Positions 48,145 to 57,253 of a stretch of DNA of 57,253 nt are shown here, piece after piece (position 1 is the stretch's first letter; each line of letters begins with the position of its first letter). The notes beneath the pieces are model-generated. The model saw only the letters and a list, made by a program, of their open reading frames with translations. It was not told the origin of the DNA and made no database searches. The position numbers were made by a program, and so were the translations under genes. This DNA is from Gemmatimonadota bacterium (GTDB lineage Bacteria; Gemmatimonadota; Gemmatimonadetes; Gemmatimonadales; Gemmatimonadaceae), in contig JBBTJT010000058.1 of the NCBI GenBank assembly GCA_038059315.1, positions 1-57,253 on the forward strand, in the 5' to 3' direction.

Positions 48145-49547
48145 GCACGCGCCGCCTCGCCCCGTTCTGCCTCGTCTTCCTCCTCGCCTGCGAGGGGGCG
48201 GCCCCCGAACGCTCGGCCGCGCAGGGCGTTCCCCCGCGCCGCGAGACCACCGCGCAGATTGGCCAGTCGCGGCGCACGGCCATCACCGACGCGGTGGCCC
48301 GCGTGGCGCCGGCCGTGGTGACGGTGCAGACGGAGACGGTCTTCCGCTCGCCGGTCGATCCGTTCGCGTTCTTCTTCGGCAACAGCAACCCCGGCAACGG
48401 CACGCAGACGCGCTCGGGCATCGGCTCGGGGTTCATCGTCCAGCCCAACGGCGTCATCGTCACCAACGCCCACGTCGTGGCGGGAGCGACCAACGTCAGC
48501 GTCGCGCTGCGCGATGGCACCACGTACCCGGCCAAGGTGGTGGGTATCGACGAGATGAACGACCTCGCGGTGCTGAAGATCGACGCGAAGAATCTCCCGA
48601 CGGCGCCACTGGGCGTCTCGCGCGACCTGATGATCGGCGAATGGGCGATCGCCATCGGCAACCCGTACGGCTTCCTGCTCGGCAATTCCGAGCCCTCGGT
48701 CACCACCGGAGTCATCAGCGCGACGGGGCGGAACCTCGTGGGACAGAGCGACGGCCAGGGCGTGTATGTCGACATGATCCAGACCGACGCGTCGATCAAC
48801 CCCGGGAACTCGGGAGGGCCGCTGGTGAACGGCGCCGGTGACGTGATCGGCGTCAACAGTTCGATCTATACGCCAACCGGCGGCTCCATCGGGCTCGGGT
48901 TCGCCATTCCCATCGATCGCGCGAGGCGCGTGACGGACGACCTGCTGGCCCACGGCACGGTGCGCCGTCCCTGGATCGGCGTGAAGATCGCCCTGCCCCA
49001 GCAGAACAACCGGGACGCGCTGCGCGGCGGCGCGGTGATCCGCACGGTGGCGCCCGGTTCGCCGGCGGCGGCGGCCGGCCTCGAGGTGGGCGACGTGATC
49101 GTCAGGTCGCGCGACCGCGTCGTGCGCAACGCCTACGACTGGGAAGCCGAGCTGCTCGAGATGCACGTGGGAGAAGAGGCCACGCTGCGCGTGCGGCGCG
49201 GCAGCCGCGAGCGCTCGGTGAAGGCGCGCGTGGCCGACCTGCCCGAGGTATCCGCACAGAAGGTGGCGGTGCTCAAGGAGATCGAACTGCTGACCCTGAC
49301 ACCGGCCATTCGCCTCGAGCGTGGCATCCGCACCGGGCAGGGCGCGGTGGTCTACAAGGTCTCCGAGCGGGTCTCCGAGGAGTTGGGCATCCAGGCCGGC
49401 GACGTGATCGTGCAGGTGAACCGGACCGCGGTCAGCGACGCTCGTCAGGCCGGACGGCTGCTCGAGTCGATGACCGGGCGCGGTCCCATTCGGATGATCG
49501 TCGAACGCGGCGGCTTCCTGTACCCGATCGACTTCCAGATTCGATGA
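48141..49547 (+). CDS. HtrA/DegP-family serine protease with two PDZ domains, lipoprotein-type signal (468 aa)
   Basis: ATG 48141 (ATGA overlap). Lipobox FLLAC. Catalytic triad contexts TNAHVV, NDLAVLKI and GNSGGPLV. PDZ-like IRTVAPGSPAAAAGLEVGDVIV and VSEELGIQAGDVIVQVN. Confidence 0.9.
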   Translation: MSTRRLAPFCLVFLLACEGAAPERSAAQGVPPRRETTAQIGQSRRTAITDAVARVAPAVVTVQTETVFRSPVDPFAFFFGNSNPGNGTQTRSGIGSGFIVQPNGVIVTNAHVVAGATNVSVALRDGTTYPAKVVGIDEMNDLAVLKIDAKNLPTAPLGVSRDLMIGEWAIAIGNPYGFLLGNSEPSVTTGVISATGRNLVGQSDGQGVYVDMIQTDASINPGNSGGPLVNGAGDVIGVNSSIYTPTGGSIGLGFAIPIDRARRVTDDLLAHGTVRRPWIGVKIALPQQNNRDALRGGAVIRTVAPGSPAAAAGLEVGDVIVRSRDRVVRNAYDWEAELLEMHVGEEATLRVRRGSRERSVKARVADLPEVSAQKVAVLKEIELLTLTPAIRLERGIRTGQGAVVYKVSERVSEELGIQAGDVIVQVNRTAVSDARQAGRLLESMTGRGPIRMIVERGGFLYPIDFQIR

Positions 49548-50980
49548 CCGACACCCCCACGTGGTCTTCGCCGCTTTCCGAGCGCTACGCCTCGGCCGCC
49601 ATGCTGCAACTCTGGTCGCCGCCGTCCCGCTACGGGCTGTGGCGACGCCTGTGGCTGGCCCTCGCCGAGGCCGAGCGCGACCTCGGCGCGGACATTCCCG
49701 CCGAAGCGCTGGCCCAGATGCGCGCGCACCTGGATGACATCGACTTCCCGGCCGTGGCGGCGTACGAGCGGCGATTCCGGCACGACGTCATGGCGCATGT
49801 GCACGCCTACGGCGACGCCGCGCCGGCCGCCCGCGGCGTCATCCACCTGGGGGCCACGTCGGCGTTCGTGACCGACAACACCGACCTCATCCTGATGCGC
49901 CGCGGCCTCGAGCTGGTGCGCGCGCGCGTGGTGGCGCTCCTTCGCACGCTCGCGGCGTTCGCCACGCAGTGGAAGGACGAGCCGGCGCTTGGCTACACGC
50001 ACCTGCAGCCGGCACAGCCGACGACGGTGGGCAAGCGCGCCACGCTGTGGATGCAGGACCTGGTGCTCGACCTTGCCGACCTCGACCACCGCATCGCCAC
50101 GCTGCCGCTGCGCGGCGTGAAGGGAACCACGGGGACGCAGGCGAGCTTTCTCTCCCTCTTTGGCGGCGATCACGCCCGGGTGCGCGAACTCGACCGGCGC
50201 GTCACCCGGGCCATGGGATTCGACACGGCGTTGCCGGTCACCGGACAGACGTACACGCGCAAGCTCGACGCACATGTGCTCGACGTCCTGGCCGGCATCG
50301 CGGCCAGCGCCGCCAAGTTTGCCGGCGACATGCGCATGCTGCAGGCGTTCGGCGAGATCGAGGAACCGTTCGAGAAGGAACAGATCGGCTCGTCGGCGAT
50401 GGCCTACAAGCGCAACCCGATGCGCAGCGAGCGCATCAACTCGCTCAGCCGGTTCGTGCTCTCGCTGGCCCCCAACGCCAACCAGACGCACAGCGTGCAG
50501 TATTTCGAGCGCACGCTCGACGACTCGGCCAACCGCCGCCTCGTCATTCCCGAGGCATTCCTGGCCACGGACGCGCTGCTGATCCTGATGGAGAACATCG
50601 CCCGCGGACTCGAGGTGCACCCGACGCGGATTCGCCGGCGGCTCGCCGATGAGCTCCCGTTCATGGCCACCGAGGAGCTGATCGTGCGCGCGGTGAAGGC
50701 CGGCCGGGACCGCCAGGCGATTCACGAAGTCATTCGCGGACACAGCATCGCCGCGGCGCGCGCCATGAAGGACGAGGGCGTGCCCAACGACATGCTCGAA
50801 CGCCTCGCGGCCGACCCTGCCTACCCGGTGCCGATTGCCGACCTCCGCGATGCGCTCGATCCGCACCATTTCACGGGACGGTCGGCCGAGCAGGTCGGCG
50901 AGTTCCTTGCCGAAGTGGTGCAGCCGATACTCGACACCGCCGGCGCCGACGAAACCCAGCCCGAGGACGTGCGTGTATGA
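49544..50980 (+). CDS. purB: Adenylosuccinate lyase (478 aa)
   Basis: [44 protein letters not shown] and signature [19 protein letters not shown] overlap with the upstream stop. Confidence 0.93.
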   Translation: MTDTPTWSSPLSERYASAAMLQLWSPPSRYGLWRRLWLALAEAERDLGADIPAEALAQMRAHLDDIDFPAVAAYERRFRHDVMAHVHAYGDAAPAARGVIHLGATSAFVTDNTDLILMRRGLELVRARVVALLRTLAAFATQWKDEPALGYTHLQPAQPTTVGKRATLWMQDLVLDLADLDHRIATLPLRGVKGTTGTQASFLSLFGGDHARVRELDRRVTRAMGFDTALPVTGQTYTRKLDAHVLDVLAGIAASAAKFAGDMRMLQAFGEIEEPFEKEQIGSSAMAYKRNPMRSERINSLSRFVLSLAPNANQTHSVQYFERTLDDSANRRLVIPEAFLATDALLILMENIARGLEVHPTRIRRRLADELPFMATEELIVRAVKAGRDRQAIHEVIRGHSIAAARAMKDEGVPNDMLERLAADPAYPVPIADLRDALDPHHFTGRSAEQVGEFLAEVVQPILDTAGADETQPEDVRV

Positions 50981-51906
50981 GCCCTACCCTGGTGGAAACC
51001 ACGAACCTTCCGCTCCCGCTCATCCGACGGGGCAAGGTGCGCGACGTGTACGCCGTGGGCGTTGATCGCGTGCTGCTGGTGGCCAGTGACCGGGTGAGCG
51101 CCTTTGACGTCGTGATGCGCGAACTCGTGCCGTTCAAGGGCGCCGTGCTGACGCAGGTCACCGCGTACTGGCTGCAGCGGTTCGAGGACGAGATCGCGCA
51201 TCATATGCTGAGTGTCAGTGCCGACGAAATTGTCGCCGACACCCCCGCACTCGCCCCCTTCCTGGCGCAACTCCACGGGCGCACGATGCTCTGCCGCCGG
51301 ACCGATGTCTTCCCCATTGAGTGCGTGGTGCGCGGCTACATCACCGGCTCGGCCTGGAAGGAGTACCAGGCCACCGGCACGCTGGCGGGCGAGGCGCTGC
51401 CGCCGGGCCTCCTGGAGAGCTCGCCGTTTCCCCACCCCGTCTTTTCCCCGGCCACCAAGGCCGAGGAAGGGCACGACGAGAACATCACGGTGGAGCGGAT
51501 GCGCGGCGTCGTCGGCGTGGCGGCTGCCGACGAGCTCGAGCGGCTCTCACGCCGCCTCTACGAGCGCGGACGCGCGCTGGCCGCGGAGCGCGGCATCATC
51601 ATCGCCGACACCAAGTTCGAATTCGGGCGCGCCGCCGACGGCCGCATCCTGCTCATCGACGAGGTGATGACCCCGGACAGTTCGCGCTTCTGGCCGGTCG
51701 ACCAGTACGCGGCGGGGCGGTCGCAGCCGAGCTTCGACAAGCAGCCACTGCGCGACTACCTCGACGCCGAACGTCGCGCCGGACGATGGAACGGCAACGC
51801 GCCTCCGCCGCCGCTCCCCGAACAGGTAATCGCCGCGACGAGCGCCCGTTATCTTGACGCCTGTCGCCGGCTGACCGGCGCCCCTCTCGACACGAGCGCC
51901 CTCTGA
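50977..51906 (+). CDS. purC: Phosphoribosylaminoimidazole-succinocarboxamide (SAICAR) synthase (309 aa)
   Basis: [47 protein letters not shown] and [14 protein letters not shown]. Confidence 0.93.
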   Translation: MSPTLVETTNLPLPLIRRGKVRDVYAVGVDRVLLVASDRVSAFDVVMRELVPFKGAVLTQVTAYWLQRFEDEIAHHMLSVSADEIVADTPALAPFLAQLHGRTMLCRRTDVFPIECVVRGYITGSAWKEYQATGTLAGEALPPGLLESSPFPHPVFSPATKAEEGHDENITVERMRGVVGVAAADELERLSRRLYERGRALAAERGIIIADTKFEFGRAADGRILLIDEVMTPDSSRFWPVDQYAAGRSQPSFDKQPLRDYLDAERRAGRWNGNAPPPPLPEQVIAATSARYLDACRRLTGAPLDTSAL

Positions 51907-52553
51907 TGAAATTCGCCCGCGAAGGCAAGCCGTTCATGTGGATTGCCACCGTCATCGCGCTCGCCGTGACGGGCGGGGCGCTCATGCGCCGCTCGACGCC
52001 CCTCGAATTCGCCGCCGGCGTCTGCATCCTGCTGGCGGTCTGGGTGGCCTACTTCTTTCGCGACCCCGAGCGAAAGGGTGAACGCGGGCCACGGCTGGCC
52101 ATCGCCCCCGCCGACGGCAAGGTCGTGCAGGTCATGGAGGTGGACGAGCCGGCGTTCGTGCACGGGCGCGCGCTGAAGATCTCGATCTTCATGAACGTCT
52201 TCAACGTGCACGTCAACCGATATCCGGTGAGCGGGCGCGTGACGTACACGCACTACAATCCCGGCAAGTTCCTGAACGCGGCGGAGGACAAGGCCTCGCT
52301 CGAGAACGAGATGTCGTCGGTGGGCATCGAGAGTGGTGCGCATCGGGTGCTGGTGCGGCAGATCGCCGGCCTCGTGGCCCGGCGCATCGTCACCTACAGC
52401 CGGCCGGGCGACCAGGTGGAGCAGGGCGAGCGCTTCGGCATCATCCGCTTCGGCTCGCGCGTCGACATCTACCTGCCGGCGGAGAGCACGCCGCGCGTCC
52501 GCATCGGCGAGCATACCGTCGCCGGCACCACCGTCATCGCCGAGTTGCCCTGA
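51906..52553 (+). CDS. psd: Phosphatidylserine decarboxylase proenzyme, short (archaetidylserine-type) form (215 aa)
   Basis: Two N-terminal TM helices, FRDPER, SIFMNVFNVHVNRYP and self-cleavage context GIIRFGSRVDIYLP. The start shares 1 nt with the purC stop. Confidence 0.88.
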   Translation: MKFAREGKPFMWIATVIALAVTGGALMRRSTPLEFAAGVCILLAVWVAYFFRDPERKGERGPRLAIAPADGKVVQVMEVDEPAFVHGRALKISIFMNVFNVHVNRYPVSGRVTYTHYNPGKFLNAAEDKASLENEMSSVGIESGAHRVLVRQIAGLVARRIVTYSRPGDQVEQGERFGIIRFGSRVDIYLPAESTPRVRIGEHTVAGTTVIAELP

Positions 52554-53473
52554 TGCGCCGTCCCACGCTGCCGCGCCCCTCGATGGTGATGCTGCCCAAC
52601 GGATTCACCCTGGGCAGCCTGTTCTTCGGCATCTTCGCCATCGTGGCGGCGTCGCGCGGCGAACACGTGCGCGCCGGGTGGTACATCGTCATCGCCGCGT
52701 TTCTCGACATGTTCGACGGACGCATCGCCCGCGCCACGAATACCGGCAGCCGGTTCGGCGAGGAACTCGACTCGCTGGTCGACGCGATTTCCTTTGGCCT
52801 GGCGCCGGCGCTGATGATGTATTTCGCCGAGCTCAACCACACCGGATGGGACTGGATCTTCGTCTGGCTGTTCTCCGCCTGCGCCGTGATGCGACTGGCA
52901 CGGTTCAACGTCGAACAGGCCGGCAAGAAGAAGATCTTCTTCCAGGGACTCCCCAGCCCGGCGGCCGGCGGCACGCTGGCCACGTACTACTGGTTCTCGC
53001 AGACCGAGTTGTACCAGCAGACCGCCATCGGCGACCTGCCCTGGCAGCACATCCTGCGTTTCCTGATGATTGCGCTGTCGTTCCTGATGATCAGCAACGT
53101 GCCCTATCCCGCCTGGCCGCGCTTCTCGCTCCGCAATTGGTACGGCGCGTTCGGCGTGGCGATGTTCGTGGCCGTCATCGCCGGGCTCTTCCTGTTGCCG
53201 AAGCAGTTCTTTTTCCCGCTCGGCGTCGCCTACGTGGCGTCCGGCGTGGTCATCGCGCTCGTGCACGGCCTGTTCGACATGCCGTCGCCCTTTGCCGAGT
53301 CCGACGAGACGCCCGAGGAGGCGGCGGCGGCCGCCGACGACGACGGCGACGAGGCCGACCCAGCGCGACGCCGCGAGCGCGTCGACGATGATCGCATTCG
53401 CCGTCGCCGGCGCCGCAATCGCGGCGCCCGGGGCGGTCCTGAACACGGCTCTCCCGAGGGATCCACCCCGTGA
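52553..53473 (+). CDS. pssA: CDP-diacylglycerol--serine O-phosphatidyltransferase with about 60-aa charged C-terminal tail (306 aa)
   Basis: CDP-alcohol phosphatidyltransferase motif DMFDGRIARATNTGSRFGEELDSLVDAISFG. Multiple TM helices. Tail ESDETPEEAAAAADDDGDEADPARRRERVDDDRIRRRRRRNRG. Confidence 0.9.
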   Translation: MRRPTLPRPSMVMLPNGFTLGSLFFGIFAIVAASRGEHVRAGWYIVIAAFLDMFDGRIARATNTGSRFGEELDSLVDAISFGLAPALMMYFAELNHTGWDWIFVWLFSACAVMRLARFNVEQAGKKKIFFQGLPSPAAGGTLATYYWFSQTELYQQTAIGDLPWQHILRFLMIALSFLMISNVPYPAWPRFSLRNWYGAFGVAMFVAVIAGLFLLPKQFFFPLGVAYVASGVVIALVHGLFDMPSPFAESDETPEEAAAAADDDGDEADPARRRERVDDDRIRRRRRRNRGARGGPEHGSPEGSTP

Positions 53474-53723
53474 AGCACTTTCGCGTCAACGTGCATATCG
53501 TCCCGCGCAAGGGACTGCTCGATCCGCAGGGCAAGGCCGTTGCCGATGCGCTGCACACGCTGGGATTCAGCGCGGTGCGCGAGGTGCACGTCGGCCGCTA
53601 CATCGTCATCGAAACGGCGGCCGCCGATGCGGCGGCCGCCGAGGCCGCCGTGCGCGAGATGTGCACGCGCCTGCTCGCCAATCCCGTCACCGAGGACTTC
53701 GAGATGGCCGGAGCCATCCCCGC

Positions 53724-53727
<4 letters not shown>
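53470..53727 (+). CDS. purS: Phosphoribosylformylglycinamidine synthase subunit PurS (85 aa)
   Basis: GTG start (GTGA overlap). V.V.PRKGLLDPQGKAVADAL..LGF..V..V.VGRY is the PurS signature. Confidence 0.9.
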
Positions 53728-54416
<689 letters not shown>

Positions 54417-54430
54417 CCGGAGAACTGTCC

Positions 54431-55177
54431 ATGCGCCGACTCGTCCTGCTCGCGCTCCTCGCCGCGCCCCTGCCCCTTTCGGCCCAGGCGGTCATCGATC
54501 CGGGAATGCCCAGGGCGCAGGTCCTCGCGCGCCTCGGCACGCCGGCGGTCGAGCGATCGGCGGGCACCGCAACCTACCTCTTCTACACGAACAGCTGCCA
54601 CAGCACCTGTGGCATGAACGACGTGGTGCTGCTCGACAAGGGCGTCGTGGTCGACGCCGTGTTTCGCTCCGCCAAGCGCCGGTACAGCGGAGTCAGCTCG
54701 TCGCCGCGCGCGATTCCGGCGAGCGAGGCGCGCCGAGGCAACCCGACCAGCGTGCCCGACGCATCGCCAGTCGGCGCGCCGGTGGTGGCTTCGTTGTCGA
54801 TCAGGGCAAGCGCCGGAGCGACGGCGAGCCTGTACGAACGCATCGGCGGCCTGCAGGCGGTGAAGGCGGCGGTGCACGAAATGGTGACCAACGCCCTGGC
54901 CGACCCGCGCATCAAGGCGTTCTTCGCCGGAATCGACATGCAGCGCGTCGACCGCAACCTCGTCGACTTCGTGTGCAAGGCGGCTGGCGGCCCCTGCCAG
55001 TACCAGGGGAAGTCCATGCCGAAGGCCCACGAGGGGCTGAACCTGAAACAAGAACATTTCAACGCGCTCGTCGAGGACCTGAAAATCGGGCTCGACAAGC
55101 TGAACGTCCCGGCGGCGGAGCAGAAGGAGCTTCTGGCGGCACTCGCCGCGACTCGCGGCGACGTGCTGGGCAAGTAG
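54431..55177 (+). CDS. Exported fusion protein: signal peptide + BamE/SmpA-like domain + Ser/Pro/Ala linker + group I truncated-hemoglobin-like domain (248 aa)
   Basis: ATG 54431. Signal [37 protein letters not shown]...YLFYTN...[14 protein letters not shown] (BamE-like). C-terminal [12 protein letters not shown]...[34 protein letters not shown] (trHbN-like with a proximal His). Confidence 0.7.
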   Translation: MRRLVLLALLAAPLPLSAQAVIDPGMPRAQVLARLGTPAVERSAGTATYLFYTNSCHSTCGMNDVVLLDKGVVVDAVFRSAKRRYSGVSSSPRAIPASEARRGNPTSVPDASPVGAPVVASLSIRASAGATASLYERIGGLQAVKAAVHEMVTNALADPRIKAFFAGIDMQRVDRNLVDFVCKAAGGPCQYQGKSMPKAHEGLNLKQEHFNALVEDLKIGLDKLNVPAAEQKELLAALAATRGDVLGK

Positions 55178-55256
55178 CGACGAACGGATGGCGTCAAGCG
55201 TACGGCGTAGAGCGTATCGCTGCGGTACAACCACTTATCCAACCCCTATCCGACAC

Positions 55257-55565
55257 ATGCCGACGAAGCCTTCCCACCCCGAGGACGAGTACTTCCTCAA
55301 GCTCGACGCCGAGCTCATCAAGGCGCACCGCGCCAGGCTGGATGCCGAACGCGCGAGCACGGAGCGCCGGGCGCACTACATGAAGTGCCCCAAGTGCGGT
55401 GCGAACCTCACCGAGACCGACTACCGCCACGTGAAGGTCGACGTCTGCGCCGAGTGCAAGGGCATGTGGCTCGACGCCGGCGAGCTGGAGATGATCACGC
55501 ACGTCAAGGAGAACAACGTCGGCGGCTTCCTGCGCGACCTGCTTCGGGGACTACCCGGCAAGTGA
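55257..55565 (+). CDS. Zinc-ribbon (TFIIB-type zf) domain protein (102 aa)
   Basis: ORF trimmed to the ATG at 55257. CPKCGANL...[20 protein letters not shown] is the characteristic CxxC...CxxC-GxWLD zinc-ribbon motif, preceded by a coiled-coil-like segment. Confidence 0.7.
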   Translation: MPTKPSHPEDEYFLKLDAELIKAHRARLDAERASTERRAHYMKCPKCGANLTETDYRHVKVDVCAECKGMWLDAGELEMITHVKENNVGGFLRDLLRGLPGK

Positions 55566-57253
55566 CCGCGACTCCCCGCCACGGCGATCCCGTCATCACC
55601 CCGGCGCTCGTCGCCGAGCACGGCCTCACCTCCGGCGAATACGAGCGCCTGGTGAACATGCTCGGCCGCACGCCGACGTTCACCGAGCTCGGCGTGATCT
55701 CGGCGCTGTGGAGCGAGCACTGCTCGTACAAGCATTCGCGCTCCGTGCTGAAGACGCTCCCGACGCAGGCGCCGTACGTGCTGCAGGGCCCGGGTGAAAA
55801 CGCCGGAGTCATCAGCATCGGAGACGGCCTCGCCGTGGCCTTCAAGATCGAGTCGCACAACCATCCGTCGGCGGTCGAACCCTATCAGGGCGCGGCCACC
55901 GGTGTCGGCGGCATCCTGCGCGACGTCTTCACCATGGGCGCCCGCCCCATTGCCATGCTGAACTCGCTGCGCTTCGGGTCGCTCGACGCGCCGCGCGTCC
56001 GCTATCTCGTGGCCGGCGTCGTCAAGGGCATCGGGGATTACGGCAACTGCGTCGGCATCCCCACCGTGGCCGGCGACGTGATGTTCGACGCCACCTACGA
56101 GGGCAATCCCCTGGTCAACGCCATGTGCGTCGGGCTGCTGCGCGAGGAGGACCTGATCCGCGCCAAGGCCGAGGGCGTGGGCAATCCGATCATCGCCGTG
56201 GGCGCCCGCACCGGACGCGACGGCATTCACGGCGCGTCGTTCGCCTCCGAGGACCTCAGCGAGGAGAACGAGGCCAAGCGCCCGCGCGTGCAGGTGGGCG
56301 ACCCGTTCACCGAGAAGCTGCTGCTCGAGGCGTCGCTCGAGCTCATCCAGAGCGGCCACATCGTCGCCATCCAGGACATGGGCGCAGCCGGCCTCACGTC
56401 GTCGTCGGCGGAGATGGCCGAGCGGGGCGACGTCGGCGTGACGATCGACGTCACCAAGGTGCCGGTCCGCGAAAGCGGCATGACCCCGTACGAAATCCTG
56501 CTCAGCGAGTCGCAGGAGCGCATGCTGCTGGTGGCGATCCGGGGGCGCGAGGACGAAGTGAAGAAGATCCTCTCGAAGTGGGACCTCACGGCCGAGGTCA
56601 TCGGCGAGGTCATCGCCGATCCCGTCTATCGCGTCACCGAAGGCGATCACGTCGTGGCCGAGTTTCCGGGCACGCGACTCGTCACCGACTGCCCGCAGTA
56701 CTTCCCCGAGGCGCGGGAGTCCGACGACGCCGTGGCGCGCCGCAACCGCGACGTGGACGCGGTGCCGGAAAGATCCGAGGAATGCGACCCGGCATGGACG
56801 CTCGAGCGCCTCCTCGCGGCGCCAACGATCGCCAGCAAGCGGTGGATCACCAGGCAGTACGACTCCACCGTGCGCACCAGCACCGTCATGGGGCCGGGCG
56901 ACGGTGACGCCGCGGTGATCCGGGTGCGCGGAACCAACAAGGCCATCGCCGTGAAGACCGACTGCAACGGCCGCTACGTGTACCTCGACCCGCGCGTCGG
57001 CGGACGCATCGCCGTGGCCGAGGCGGCGCGCAACGTCGCCTGCGTGGGCGCCCGCCCGATGGCCATCACCAACTGCCTGCATTTCGGCAACCCCAAGAAG
57101 CCCGACGTCTTCTTCCAGTTCCGCGAAGCCGTCTACGGCATGGGCGATGCCTGCCGGACGCTGGGCACCCCGGTCACCGGCGGCAACGTGTCGCTGTACA
57201 ACGAGAATCCGCAGGGGGCGGTCTACCCCACGCCGGTCATCGGCATGGTCGGG
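55562..57253 (+). CDS. purL: Phosphoribosylformylglycinamidine synthase subunit PurL (N-terminal 564 codons; continues past right edge)
   Basis: GTG 55562 (GTGA overlap with the zinc-ribbon stop). Open to the window end, so absent from the ORF track. [53 protein letters not shown] and window end ...[10 protein letters not shown]. Confidence 0.93.
   Translation, partial: MTATPRHGDPVITPALVAEHGLTSGEYERLVNMLGRTPTFTELGVISALWSEHCSYKHSRSVLKTLPTQAPYVLQGPGENAGVISIGDGLAVAFKIESHNHPSAVEPYQGAATGVGGILRDVFTMGARPIAMLNSLRFGSLDAPRVRYLVAGVVKGIGDYGNCVGIPTVAGDVMFDATYEGNPLVNAMCVGLLREEDLIRAKAEGVGNPIIAVGARTGRDGIHGASFASEDLSEENEAKRPRVQVGDPFTEKLLLEASLELIQSGHIVAIQDMGAAGLTSSSAEMAERGDVGVTIDVTKVPVRESGMTPYEILLSESQERMLLVAIRGREDEVKKILSKWDLTAEVIGEVIADPVYRVTEGDHVVAEFPGTRLVTDCPQYFPEARESDDAVARRNRDVDAVPERSEECDPAWTLERLLAAPTIASKRWITRQYDSTVRTSTVMGPGDGDAAVIRVRGTNKAIAVKTDCNGRYVYLDPRVGGRIAVAEAARNVACVGARPMAITNCLHFGNPKKPDVFFQFREAVYGMGDACRTLGTPVTGGNVSLYNENPQGAVYPTPVIGMVG

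Overview
High-GC (roughly two-thirds G+C by eye) bacterial chromosomal segment with about 60 tightly packed protein genes. I saw no rRNA, tRNA, CRISPR array, transposase or integrase. The taxon cannot be fixed without a search; signal peptides ending in A-Q and the general style remind me of Gemmatimonadota, at low confidence.

Gene content, left to right:
- RNase E/G, an acyl-CoA dehydrogenase and a double-length U32 protein (minus strand).
- A stand-alone MtrA/MtrB-type decaheme cytochrome plus outer-membrane porin pair (plus strand).
- A minus-strand acyl-CoA catabolic operon: B12-binding mutase small subunit, MCC/AtuC-type carboxyltransferase, AtuA-like protein with its small partner, enoyl-CoA hydratase and a saccharopine-dehydrogenase-like reductase.
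- A plus-strand respiratory cluster: monoheme cytochrome c, anchored tetraheme cytochrome, Tat-exported 4x[4Fe-4S] protein and an NrfD-like membrane subunit, followed by an SPFH protein and a PCu(A)C copper chaperone.
- A nine-gene minus-strand chain: ptsN-like, vanZ-like, aspS, phoH, ybeY, two CNNM/CorC genes, meaB and the mutase large subunit.
- rlmN.
- A minus-strand trp operon (trpC, F, B, A, with trpD further on) that has signalling genes threaded through it (HEAT, HD-GYP, TM-GAF-MCP, yqeK, GAF-GAF).
- lexA.
- A plus-strand chain: truA, transaldolase-like, htrA-like, purB, purC, psd, pssA, purS, purQ, an exported globin fusion, a zinc-ribbon protein and purL.

Most interesting:
1. The porin-cytochrome module plus a catalytic-subunit-less cytochrome/FeS/NrfD quinone module. 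Together these could form a trans-envelope electron conduit.
2. trpB and trpA are split by a translationally coupled HEAT + HD-GYP pair.
3. A split, apparently non-methylmalonyl-type B12 mutase is tied to an atu/liu-like operon.
4. A transaldolase-fold protein has lost all the catalytic residues I can align.
5. An exported BamE-like/truncated-globin fusion sits inside the pur operon.
6. Recurrent 7-nt and 10-nt tandem repeats lie at gene ends.
7. Genes are joined almost everywhere by 1-nt or 4-nt start/stop overlaps, with many GTG/TTG starts.

All family calls rest on motifs read by eye and recalled from memory. No searches were run.
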